DNA of 64,000 nucleotides, from contig NC_087436.1 in assembly GCF_036321535.1 (NCBI RefSeq), forward strand, positions 90,894,001 through 90,958,000. Reading direction: 5' to 3'. Each line of letters begins with the position of its first letter. Within the stretch, counting starts at the first letter, position 1. Origin of the DNA: Camelus dromedarius. Lineage: Eukaryota. Of the stretch, positions 11,751-24,370 are shown in pieces. A program made the translations under genes and the position numbers. The notes under the pieces were generated by a model. That model made no database searches. It was not told where the DNA came from and saw only the letters and a program-made list of their open reading frames with translations.

Positions 11751-12188
11751 TGTGGAGGACACTGCTAGTTATCCAAAACTGATTGTCCACCTAGGACCTC
11801 ATGTCCCATAGCCCCCCGTAGATGAGTGTGGCTTAGTGACTGAGCTCACACCAGCAGAACGGCGTCAGGCATGACACGTACCCCTTCCTAGCCTGGCCTA
11901 CAAAACCATGCACTAAGCCCCTGTCTTGAAGTTCTCTTCTCACAAGCTGGAAGATGGAAGAGCCTGAAGGCTGGAGCTGGTGAAGACAATGTCCTAGGGA
12001 ATCATTACAAACAAAGAAGAAGGAAGCTGGGACTCTGAAAGATTGCCTGGAGTGTAGCTGTAGGCTAACCTAGAATGTTCACCTCAGACTCTGGCAGGAG
12101 AGGAAAAAAGAAACTTATTTCCTATAAGCCACTACACTACTGCTATTTCTCTTTATTACAGCAGACAAGCCTTACCTTAACTAATACA
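11751..12188 (+). mobile_element. Old MaLR solo LTR (MLT1H-J-like)
   Basis: TG start, internal aggaagctgggactctg, end ttattacagcagac...cttaactaataca typical of MLT1. Confidence 0.65.
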
Positions 12189-12949
12189 GTGAACTTTCAG
12201 ATGCCTTCAATTCTGAAATTCTTAAGTTTTAATCAGAAAAATGAAAAGGTGATAAAAGTTACACTGATAAATTTAAAGACAAACAGACATTAGAACCCCA
12301 AGCACTAGATTTATTTTACTAAGATGATTTATAATGCACATCACTTCTGATATTTACTTCCCTAGATTCTAATCACTTTGTCTTTATATCTTTATATCAT
12401 GGCATTGCTAAGTACAACCTTAACATCCTCTATCATATTCCCTTAGATTTTTAATCCATACCATAATGTTAAGTGAAAACTGTAATAAAGAGATCATGCT
12501 ATTTTGTTACAGAATAAAAAATTGTGCCACATCAATTTTCTAGTATTGGAAAAACTTCATGCTCAGAATCCATGAGTAAACTGAAAAAAGATTTTCTTTC
12601 TGTAATATTGATCACCTGAATTTTGATGAATATAAAAGAGGACAAAACATTATGAAAATAAATCAATTCATTCTTCACCAGAATAGTAGCTTCTAGTAAG
12701 CAGTATTTGGAATAATTTCTATTATGAAAAATATGTTTGATATTTTCTTGTTGAATATAGTTCTGTGGAAATTATTCTAGGTTTCACAAGGTGAGAGCAA
12801 ATTTCTCAGCGTGTTACAAATTACATAATAGTTGCAGTTCCATCATCAAATCCACAAGTGTTTTGAAGTATCCATTAAGTGCTCCCATGCACCAGGGTGT
12901 CACAAAAATGTGCAAGAGACCTAAAGCTGGAGGACTCACTCCAAGGGTA

Positions 12950-14000
12950 CCTAAACATTAAACTTCAAACTACAAAACTCTTAGAAGAAAACACAGGACT
13001 AAAGATTTATAGCATTGGATTTGGCAATGATTTCTCAGATGTGACACCAAAGGCACAGGCAATCAAGGTAAAAAGAGACAAACTGAACTTGATGAAAACT
13101 TTAAAATTTTGTGCATCAAAACACACTATCAACAGAGTTAAAAGGCAACCCACAGAATGAGAGGAAGTATTTGTAAATCATGTGTTTGATACGAGATTAA
13201 AGTCCAGACTAGATAGAGAACTCCTAAAATTCAACAATAAAAGAGCGAACAACCCAATTCAAAAATGGGCAAGGAACTTCAGTAGATATTTCTCCAAAGA
13301 TATACAAGTGACCAATTAGCACATGAAGATATGTTCAACATGACCAAACATTAGGTAAATAGAAGTTAAAATTATAAAGAAATTCCACCTCATACATATC
13401 ACAAGACAACACTTCACACCCATTAGGATGGCTACTATAAAAAACAAACAAAAACAAAATAAATAACCAACAGTGTGGGTGAGGATGTGGAGAAACTGGA
13501 ATCCTTATGCACTGTTGGTCAAAATGTAAAATAGGGACAGCTACTGTGGAAACAGTACGGCAGTTCCCAAAAAGTTAGAGATAGACGTGCCATGTGATCC
13601 AGTGGTTCCACTTCTGGGTATCTAACCAAGAGAACTGAAAGCAGAGTCTAGAAGAGATATTTGTATACCTTTGTTCATAGCGACATTACTCGCAATAGCT
13701 GAATCTTAGAAGCAACCCAAGTGTCTACTGATGGATGAATAGATAAGCAAAATGTGTAATATACATACAGTGATTTAGGATTCATCCTTACGAAGGAAGG
13801 AAATTCTAACATATGCTACAGCATGGATGAACTTTGAGGATATTAAATTGAGTCAAATAAGCCAATCACAAAAAAGATAAATACTGTATGATCTCACTTA
13901 CATGAGGTTCTTATAGTTGAGACAGAAAATAGACTGATGGTTTCCAGCTGTTAGGGGAGGAGCTACGGGGAGTTTACTGTATAACTGATAGAGTTCCTCC
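12950..14000 (+). mobile_element. Old L1 ORF2 3' part and 3' UTR
   Basis: LNIKLQTTKLLEENTG...FGNDFSDVTPKAQA...FCASKHTINRVKRQPTE; later cacacccattaggatggct and gtgaggatgtggagaaactgga. Confidence 0.85.
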
Positions 14001-15474
14001 TTTCCCCAGTGAGGTATTAACATGATGTTTGGTGTGCAAACAGTGATCTACTGGAGTGCTTTTTTTAATCATTGGAAAACACAAGCTTGAGTCACTAATG
14101 CATGAAAAATCAACTTCATGCTCGATTTCCCATCCCAACATTCCTGATACTATATCCTATAGCATCATATGTATTTGATGCGTTCCATCCTTCATCATTA
14201 AGAACATTAAGTTTATAATAGAATATTAACAAAAATACTTAATAAGCATGAAGTCAGCATACAGCAGATGTAATGTGAAAATTATCTTTCTGCAAAAGAT
14301 TCTAACTCTTAAATTGTCTCTGTGTTCATTCATAGTGGCTAAAATGGCAGAAACACTTTCTTCTGACCAAAGCCTTTAGTAATGCCATGCTCTCGGACTT
14401 CAACCTTTTCCTAGAGTTTTAGTTATATTAACACCTTCCAAGTCTTTCAAGATCTACATGGATCTATATAGCATTACCCCCAGGAGCCCTACGCCCCTGC
14501 TCTTGCCTATATTCAGCCCCACCCCTATGGCCTCCTTGCCTCCTTTATCTGTAGTCACTCCAAGAGCAACTGTGGCTTTAGCACTTTGGAAATAGAAAAT
14601 TACTGATTTATTTCTTCTCAATTACTTCCTCTGTATCTTTATAATGTCCTAAATTCATAATTAGCATTTATGAAGTTCAAACCATGTGCTAAGCATTGCT
14701 CTAGATAATGGAGGAACAAGAAGAAACAGGCATTGTTTTCTCCTAAAGAGAACTGACAGTCCGGAGTGTATAAGCCAATACATACCATGCAAGGAGTGTG
14801 GGCAGGGTACCTGGGGACGTAAACCAGGACAAGACTGATTATATCAGGGGAGTCTAGAAAAGACTTCATTAAAACGGCACTGCTTGAGGTAACTGTTGAA
14901 AGAGAAGAAGTTCTTATAGTCAGAGAAGGGGACTATGGGCCAGAGAAAAGAGAGGCAGGGATCAGGCATTTGAAACACTGAAGCAACATGAATAAAAATA
15001 TAGAGGCTTTAAATAACATAGTGCATAGCAGAAGAACAAAGGTCTTTGGGTTGGGTTGTGAAGAAGTCATAGGGAAATATGACTTTAGCAAGGGAATAAA
15101 AGAGCCAGTTCATGGAAGGTCTTATATTTCATATGAAGGAGTAAAAATTGTACTACATATAATCTGAGTAGTAATGATGTGCCAGGTTCTATTCTAGACT
15201 GTACTCACAAAGTCTCACTTTTATTCCACTTTAAGCATAAGGAAATTGAAGCCCAGAGTGCTTCTGTAGCTTGCCCAAGGTCACACAGCCAGAAAGTAAA
15301 GGAGCCAGGAAGTCTGACATAAATTGGGATCTTAGCCATCAAGTTGACTCCCTTCTGTGGTGTGGGCTTTAGTACACAGACAATTATGAGCCATTAAAGG
15401 GTTTTAAGTAGAAGAATAATATGACTATTCTAGTAGTAGAAATGAGACGGGATTAAAATTGAAATAGAAGGACC

Positions 15475-15928
15475 CAGCCATAAAAAATAATAAAATAATG
15501 TCATTTGCAGCAACATGGATGGACCTGCAGATTGTTGTTCTGAGTGAAGTAAGCCAGAGAGAGAAAGAAAAATACCATGTGGTATCAGTTACATGTGAAA
15601 TAAAAAAAATTGAGACAAATGAATTTATTTACAAAACAGAAACAGAGTCACAGACATAGAAAACAAACTTGTGGTTATGGGGGAATTGGAGGGCTAAATA
15701 GGGAGTTCAGGATTTGCAGATTCTAACTACTATGTATAAAATAGATAAACAACATGGTCCTACTGTGTAGTGCAGGAAACTATATTTAATATCTTGCAAT
15801 AATCTATAATGAAAAAGAATATGAAAAGGATACATATAAATGTATAACTGAATCACTATGCTGTACACCAGAAATGAACACAACACTGTAAACTGACTAT
15901 GCTTCAATTAAAAAAATTAATTAAAAAA
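15475..15928 (+). mobile_element. Artiodactyl/camelid-type L1 3' end
   Basis: catttgcagcaacatggatggacct...gctgtacaccagaaatgaacacaacactgtaaactgactatgcttcaattaaaaaa. Confidence 0.85.
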
Positions 15929-16028
15929 GTTGAGGTTGAAGGCAGTAGAGGAGAAAATGAAATGCAGAGAAACTATATTAAGGAGGCAGAAGCTATAATA
16001 CTCAGAGAATGATTAAATGGAGGAGGGT

Positions 16029-16575
16029 ATATAAGTTAGCTTTCATTGCATAATAAACCACCCAAAATTTAGTGGCTTAAAATAACAAGTGTTTATTTAA
16101 ATCATACATTGATGGATTAGCTAGGGCCAGAAAGGTTTAGAAGGACCTCACTCCTGTGCTTCAGCCAACTAGTGGGTCAGCTGTGAGACAGCTCTGCTGA
16201 TCTTGGCTGGGCTCTCTGACATGTCTGAGTCCTCAGCTGGGATGAATCAGTTAATTCAGCTCTGCTCTACCTGGTCTTTTGCCCCCCAGCAGGCTAGCCC
16301 AGGTCTGTTCTCCAGGCAGCAGAACAGAGGCATGGGCAGTGCAGGCGAGAGCAGCAGAGCATGCAAGTTTGCCCGACACCTAGGCTTGGAAATAGCACAT
16401 CACCTATTAATTAAAGTAAGTTACAAGGCATTTCTCAAAGGTGACTTGCAAGGCCTGCTCAGATTCAAGGAAAAGAGAAGTAAATCCATCTCGATGGGGG
16501 GAGTTGAAAAGTCACATTGTAAAGGGTGTGCAGAGAGGAAGGAGTAGATAATTGTCACCATTTTTTGAAATCTAA
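16029..16575 (-). mobile_element. Old MaLR solo LTR (MLT1F-H-like)
   Basis: aaccacccaaaatttagtggcttaaaataacaa and ccagcaggctagcccagg hallmarks of antisense MLT1. Confidence 0.65.
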
Positions 16576-17707
16576 TGGGAGAGAGGAAAAGAAAACATTG
16601 GTGATGACTCCCTGGTTTCCTGCCTAAGAAACTGAGTGGATGATGGTACCATTTACAGAGATGGAGCCCCTCACTGGTTTTCCCTTGAAAGTGAATACAA
16701 GTTCCCGTGCGTGTTTCTCCCCCAGTGGCGTGAATGAGAAATGTATACAAATAACACAACAATAACAACTGAAAGAATGGGGTAGAATATTCAACTTCAG
16801 ATTCAATTAAAAGAAACAACTGCTACTGAAAAACTATACATTGTATGATCTGACAGTGGGATCTACTGAAATTTAATAACAAACACTGACAGTATTGTGA
16901 AAATAAGCCAAGATTTCCTTTGAGGTCTAAAGTCATACGAAGTCCCATTCACATGTGTCAAGTCAATCTTCTTGTGGGAATTCACCACAACGAAGCCATC
17001 GTTGAGGATGCAGTATAAACAGGCATCCTATTCACTGAGCTCTATGTTTAAACCAAGTTAAGGAAATTTTCATGTGCACTATTACAGAAAAGAGCAGAGA
17101 GGACTGTAAGAGAGGAAGTCTTCGGGGTCAGTGGATAGGACGGAGGGGCATCGTCACAACCTAGGGCAACCAAAAGTCAAAGTAGTTGTCACGGTTCGTC
17201 AACATGCCTTCTGTGCTTAGCTCATTTATAAAACCCAATCTCAACGACAGGTTTTATAAATGAGGCTCACTTTTTAAATCCAAGCTGCTTCAAATTCCTG
17301 GCTCCTATATTCAGTGTAAGTTTCCCTTGAGCAAACAAAATAAACTCATTTGTTTTGACTCTGATGTTTAAGGCTTCTCCCCAACCTTCCCCATGTCATG
17401 CATTGACTCGTAGTTCTCAACCTTCTCTTAAATTTAGCCAGTGCTGGTGGCCAGGTGAACTCTGCGCCGTCCACAAATATACCCTGCCTGCCTTTGTTTC
17501 TTTGCCCTCACTCACCGCTTTACTCTCCATCTGCACTGCTTCCTATTATTGTGACTCTTCCAAAACCTTATTTGTCCTTCCTGTCATGACTCCAATAACA
17601 ACAGAGCCCAGCAGCTTATTATGATTTTTCTGTTTCCTGAATCTCCACTCCTCACTGGCCTCACTCTTGTCTACCCTAGACACTGTGCCTTCTACTAAAG
17701 TTTTTAT

Positions 17708-18045
17708 TTGTTGCCAGGAGCAGTGGGTGGGAGGTGGGAGGGAAAGGTGAAGGTGGTCAAAGAGTACAAAATTCTAGTTATAACATAAGTTCTGGGGATG
17801 TGATGTACACTATGGTGACTACAGTTAACAACACTGTACTGTATATTTGAAAGTTACTAAGAGAGATTTTATAAGTTCTCACCACACACAGAAAATGTTA
17901 ACTATGTGGGGTGATAGATGTGTTAACTAACCTTATTGTGGTAATCATTTTGTAAGATATACATATATCTAGTCATTACATTGTACACCTTAAGCTTACA
18001 CAATGCTATATGTCAATTTTATCTCAATAAAACTGGGGAAAACTT
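17708..18045 (+). mobile_element. L1MA-type 3' UTR fragment
   Basis: ataagttctggggatgt...tggtgactacagttaacaacactgtactgtatatttgaaagtt...tgtcaattttatctcaataaaactgg. Confidence 0.8.
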
Positions 18046-18765
18046 TTTTAATACAAAATCAGACTTATTCTTTGTTTCATCTTCAACTTCCTGGTGCCTT
18101 TCAGGAGGACACATGCATTTACTCTTTTTCAAGATGGATTTGCCAAGAGTAGGAAGTAAGGAGTGAGGTTAGAGCTTTCCCTCTGCCAACAAAACAGTTC
18201 AGTTTCTACCTGCTTCAAATAATGGTCCACAGAGTTCCATGGAATAGATCATCTGAAGAAAAAGTTCTGTAAATGTTTAAAATGTTTGAAAACTACCGCT
18301 TACTTATTTTTGCATCTCCTGCTGTTCCAAATGCAACCCCTTTCCCTTGGTGGTGGGTAACAATCTACATGAGTTAAAATAAGTCTGATGAATAAAGTTG
18401 CTCTCTGTCTTCCAGAAGGTAACCATAAAGGGATAACTGAGTATGAGACAGCCCATATCTAATCACTTGGCATGTATCTTTGATAACTGCAAAATCATTT
18501 GCTAAAAAAAGGACAGAAGTGGCAAGCCAGTAGAAAAATAAGTACTGTTACAGAATGTAATTGCCAGTGATGGATTCAATCTGGATCACAAAGCATGATC
18601 AGACCTTCCCAAAAGGATCAGAACTTCTTAAACAGCAAACTGAGACATGCGTAAGTATTAAATTGCAGTGTGTATTCTCCCCTTAACTCCTTACCTAAAC
18701 AAACAACTGTAACTCTGCGGTGCAGGCCTGTACCATTTTAGGCCTCTATCTTTGCTTTGCCCCCC

Positions 18766-19257
18766 ATGGCAGGCAGAATAAGACGTCCATCTCCTAATCC
18801 CCAGGACCTGTGAACACATTACATCACGTAGCGAGGGGGCATTACAGCTGCAGGTGGAATTAAGGTTGCTAATCAGCTGAAGTGACAATCAGGAAATCAC
18901 TCAGGATTATCTAGCTGGGCTCAGTGTAATTAATCATAATGATTCCTTAAATGTGGAAGAGGGAAGTCGTAGAGTCAGAACCAGAGAGATGGCGTCATGG
19001 GAAAGACTGTGCTGGCTTTGAAGATTAAAGAGGATCAGGGGCCAAGCAATCCAGGAAACCTCTCCAAGCTGGAAAAGGTAAGAAAGTGGATTCTTTCTTG
19101 GAAACTCCAGGAAGAAATGCTGCCCTGCCAACACCTTAATTTTAGCCCAATGAGACCCACTACAGACTTCTGACTTCCAGAACTGTTGGTAAACTTGTAT
19201 TGTTTTAAGCTATTAAGTTTGTGGTGATTTTTACAGCAGCAATAGGAAACTAACACA
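18766..19257 (+). mobile_element. MaLR solo LTR (MLT1D-like)
   Basis: tggcaggcagaataa...ccccaggacctgtgaa...attaaggttgctaatcagctga...ttacagcagcaataggaaactaacaca. Confidence 0.85.
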
Positions 19258-20399
19258 CCAACAAAAAATCGTTCCAACTTTCCCCAGATACTCAGAAACT
19301 GCTCCTTTTCTTATCAACTATCTTTCCTATTTCAATCACCTGTCAGCACTCCCAAACTTGCTTTATTTGTAAGATGATAATTATAAATTGATAAGATAGT
19401 GATGTTTTCTATAAATTGCTTTGTCAAAACAATTACTAGGAAAGACATTACCAAGGAACGATATTTACATCATGATTACACAGCTATTTTAATTAATGTC
19501 ATTCAGACACTAATTTAGAAGCAAAATATATTTTTAAACCCTCAAATAGCACATAATAATGAGATATTTTATTTTTGAGAAGACAAACATTGTTTGTGTT
19601 GTGACCTGATCTCCTCCTTAAGAACGAAGAACTTAATATTAGGCATTGTTAGTCTGATCTACCAATAACAGGAATGTAAGTGATGCACAAGAGAATGAAG
19701 AGAATAAAGGCTACATCTCACTTCCAACACAACCTCACCAAGGCAGTAAAAGTGTGTTTAAATGCTTGTGAAGGTCTACCACAGTTGGAAGTTGGAGAAC
19801 TCAAGTTAATGTTCATGAGTAGATAGATTGCTTCCGTTTCAAAGATGCTTTCATTTCAGTATCATTTAGAACATGTGAGACTTTTATTTCAACAACAAAA
19901 ATCATCACCATGTAAGATTTGGCAATGTTGTGAATCCCTCTAAAGCTCAGTATTTTTTTTTACCAGCCTACTCCCTACTTGGGTTAGTTCTAAGGATCAA
20001 ATTAGATAATATATTTGGCATAAATGGTAACCTACCTAATTACTTCTTTCCTTTCAGTTCCTACTGTAAATCAAACACCAAGCTAGGCAGACAACCAAGA
20101 ATTGGACAATAACATCAACAATTAACACACGCTGTAAGACACAGAATGCTATGAGGATTCATGGCCAGTACAAACTGGAAGGGGGATGGTGAGGTCCCTC
20201 CATCCCTAGGGAACCAGAGTGCCTACTGTGTGCCAGGCACTATGCATGCTAAGTGTTTTACACACATTATATTTTTTAACCCTCACAATAATCCGGTGAG
20301 GCAGTGCTGTTGTTTTTCCCTTTCTGCTGATAAGAAATATCAGGCTTAATTAATTAACTTTTCCAAAGCCTGAGAAAAAGAAGGGATAAAGCCCAAGCT

Positions 20400-21500
20400 C
20401 ATTCATTTAACAACTAATTACTGAGCACCTACTCTGTGTGAGGCGTGTTCCAGACACTAAGATGACAGCAGTGAAGACAACAGATACAAATACCTACCTT
20501 CAAGACAATTATATTCTAGAGAGGGTGGCAGAAAGTAAACAAAATCAAAATTAAATATGGTTTATATATACACCCATCCACACACAGCATGGTAGATAGT
20601 GATAACTACCCACTAAAATAAATGAAACATGGAAGGGAAACAGAAGGGGGTGGAGACTGAAATTTCACATAGGACATTCAGGGAAGTCCTCATACAGTTT
20701 GATATGCTTGTTAGACATCGAAGCGTACCTGTCAAGTAGGCAGAGAATGCATGAGAACAGGTAACGTTTGAGTAACTGCTTAAAGGGAGTGAGGGAGGCG
20801 GGCGAGCAGATATCTAAAGGGAAAGCATTCAAGAGAGAACAACCAGTGGGCAGAAGGGTCCTGAGATGATGGGAGGTTGGTGTGGGTGAAGCTGAGTGGA
20901 GAGAGAAGAGCAGGAGCAGATGAAATCTGGATGGTAATGGGGGAAGGGGCAGAGCGTTCAGGACCTCTGAGTTCAGAGTCCTGTCTTTGGAATTTGCTCC
21001 TGATAAGAAAGTGGGGTTTTGATCCTAGAAGGACATGTTTTAACAGGATCGCTTTGGCTGCCATCCTGAGAACAATCTGAAGAGAGGAAGCAGGAAGACT
21101 GGTTAGAACATGTCTTCAATAATCCTGACAACAGAAGGGAGCACTTTGTACAAGGGAGGTAACAGCAGAAGGGTGACAAGTTGTCAGATTCTCAATATGT
21201 TTGAAAGTTGGGCCAACGGGATTTGCAGATGGATTGTATATGGGGTGTAAAAGAAAGAGAGGAGTCAAAACTGACAGGAAGATTTGAAGACTGAGCAACC
21301 AGAAAGCTAGATCACCATTAATCTTTGGGAGGAAGAGGTTTGGTGGTAAATACCAAGAGTTTAGATTTAAATATGGTAAGTTTGATGTTCTTATTAGACA
21401 TGAATATCACAAAGTGAACTTGTCAAGAAGGAAACTGGAGATACCAGGCTGGAATTTAGGGGGAAGACTCTGGGCTAGAGACATAAACCTAGAAGCCTTC
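20400..21500 (-). mobile_element. L2 LINE remnant
   Basis: Starts with antisense L2 3' end (attcatttaacaactaattactgagcacctac), followed by purine-rich L2-like segments (tttaacaggatcgctttggctg, gatttgcagatggattg). Confidence 0.7.
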
Positions 21501-21569
21501 TGATTTAATATAAATTTACATACAAACTTAATTTCAGATCTGTCTGATTCTCAAACTCAGTTCCTCATT

Positions 21570-22050
21570 GGTGGGAGCAATTCTCCATTGCATTTCTGCA
21601 TGTCTCAGGTTATCTTGTCAAGGGTGTTTACACAACAAACATTCTCCAGTTGAGAGAGAGAGAGTGTCTCTCTCCAGGCTGAAGGACAAATGTGTCTCCT
21701 GATGAAGATGCTTCAGGAAATGTTTCCCTTGGGAGCAAAGCACAGACAGACGTGCTTGCAGCTTGCAACCCCCTTATAACACTGGGTTCCTAAGCTCAGC
21801 TGGTACCTAAACCCACTGTGTGTCCAGTGTCCACCAGGATCCACTCTGCATCACCCCCGTGAGACAAGGGGAGAGAAAGGAGGGAGTCCATGCTGCCTGA
21901 TGTCCCATGAGTAACAAAATGTCCAGATGCACTTAAGCTCATTGTGGTTCAGCTCACCAGCCCCTCCTCTGGGGCGGAGGGGAGTCAGGCTGGCACTAGC
22001 AGCTGTGGTAGGAGCTGCTGCTTAGGAACAGCTGACCCCTTAACTACAAC
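21570..22050 (+). mobile_element. ERV-L-family solo LTR (LTR47-like)
   Basis: caattctccat..., agtgtctctctcc, ggagcaaag, gggttcctaagctcag, aaacccactgtgtg, catgagtaa resemble the LTR47 consensus as recalled. Confidence 0.6.
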
Positions 22051-24014
22051 CACCACTTCAGGGGACCCACTGAAACTTCTGTCACAAGGGCAGAGGCTGG
22101 ATCTGACGTGAAGTCTGAACTGAAAATGCCTCTGATATCAGAGGGACAGCTGGGCTGGAGAAGAAGAAACAGGGGTGGAAGAAGACACGCTGGTCAGGCT
22201 GTTGGTGCAGCAACCCATACAAGAAATGAAGAAGGACCACGCGGTGGTATTAACCGGGGGGGGGGGGGGGGGGGATGAAAGAAAAAGGAGGATTTAAGAG
22301 ATATTTAGGAGCTAAAATCAATTGTCCTTCAACTTGTATCTTTACAACATTAAGCTAGATTAATTTCAACTTTAAGTAAGGGAAGCGCTGGATGTCACTT
22401 TCTTATACACGAAGACAGGAGACAGACACGGTTGCCACGTCCCTGTCAGAACACTGTGCCGACTCCTCCACCAGAGGTTCTCCTTTTCATGGGCTCAGGC
22501 AGCAGCCTTGAGCATCGGATCCTCAAACTGCAATGTCCACAACAGGAAAGAAGGAGAGATATCCATTGTACAGGCATCTCTTTTTTTTTAATCAGAGAGG
22601 AAGATTTTTTTCCAGAAGACTTTAAGCAGGTTTCCCTTTAGATCCCATGAATCAGATTGGGACAAATGCCCACATCTTGAGGGCAAGGAAAGTTGAGAGA
22701 AATCGAAATCTGGCCCTGTCTTCCTCTATAGCGGTGAGGAAAAGGTTGGAATTGGCCGTTGGAGGGATAACCAGAAGCATCTCCCAGAGTACCTAATTAG
22801 ATGCGAAGACGGAGAAAGAAGAACTTAGACACCTGGCCTGGACTACTGTCCCAATGGCACTGCATTCACGGACTAAGCAATGTGAGAGGAGCAGGCTTGG
22901 GGTAGGGAGTGATGAGATCTCTTTGAACACGTCTGAATTTCTAGTTGGAAAGCCCAGAGCTCAGTTTCACAGGGGTCTAGAGTTCAAGATGGAGAGTCAA
23001 GCTAAAGTTATAAGTTTGGAACAATATAACTGAAGTCACAGAGCAAGAGTGTGTGTCCAGACACTGTGTATTTAGAGGAGAGGGCCAAAGAGGGAATCTT
23101 GGACGGAAAAGCCCATTTGACAGACTGAAAAGGAAAGTCCACGGAAGTAATAAAGAAAGCAGGAGAGAGCAGTATTTTAAGATGGAAGAGAGGCCATTGG
23201 TATTAAATGCTTCCCAGAGATCAAATACGAAGATGAAGAATGCCTATCAGTTTTGGCAACAAATACAGCATGGTGACCACTGCTAAGAAGAAAAACATAT
23301 GGGGAATTCGTTATGGACAAGCGAATTTTTTTGGCTATTTGTTGGGCTCTTTATTTTTTAATAAAGGCAATGCGAGGCCATGGGGAGAGAGCTGGAAGAC
23401 AGGTGAGTAAGAACCATCTATAATGGCTGTGCAATTGTAATGTACAATCGTCAGAAAGCGTCTGTGCCTTGGACCTTTATAGAACGAGCACAGCCACCTA
23501 CCAAGAGTCTAGGATGGTCAAGAGTGCTCCCTCCATCTCCCCAACATGCAAAACACTGGGGGCCACTCCTCCAATCCCACCCCTTGCCTATCATCACTAT
23601 TTTATGTGCTGAAGAATACATTTTCTTTATCGACGTTAATTTTCATACACTAATTTGCTTCAGTTCACTACTCACAAGAAGGGGAAAAAATGAAATGTAA
23701 GGACTATGCAATCCAAATAAAAGCACAATTCCTATGGCAGTGATTTGAGACAGAGTCCCAGTCTGCATGGAAGAGTTGCTATTTAAAAAAGAAATTCTAA
23801 AATTTTATATCACTCTATTCTGTGTTTTTCTTTTTCCATTCTCTGGGTGAATCTTTTAAATATTATAAATTTAAAGTGGATGCTAAGTTTTATATTGTAG
23901 TAAATTTAAATTTCAGTGAACTTCAGCTTTTGAATAGTCCTCATTATATGTCACTGCTATGCTATAGAAGGTCAGCCAGAGTGACCTGCTAGCCATAAAG
24001 AACAACCGGATTCC

Positions 24015-24370
24015 ACATACAAACTTACTTACAAAACAGAAACAGACTTACAGAGAAAACAAACTTATGGTTACGGGGGCAGGGAGGGGAGAGGGATGGT
24101 GGAGGGATGAATGGGGAGTTTGGGAATTGCAGATACAAACTACAACATACAAAATAGATAAATAACAAGGCCCTACTGTATAGCAGAGGAAACTATATTC
24201 AATATCTTGTTAACAGCCTATAATGGAAAAGAATATGAAAAGGAATATATATATACACTGAATCACCAAGCTGTACACCAGAAATTAACACAACATTATA
24301 AAGCAACTATACTTCAATCACAAAAAAACCAAACCAAAACAAACAAACAAAAAAAATTGGAAAAAACAAA
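24015..24370 (+). mobile_element. Artiodactyl/camelid-type L1 3' end with A-rich tail
   Basis: acaaaacagaaacagact...aacaaggccctactgtatagcag...aactatacttcaat followed by an (AAAC)n-like tail. Confidence 0.85.
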
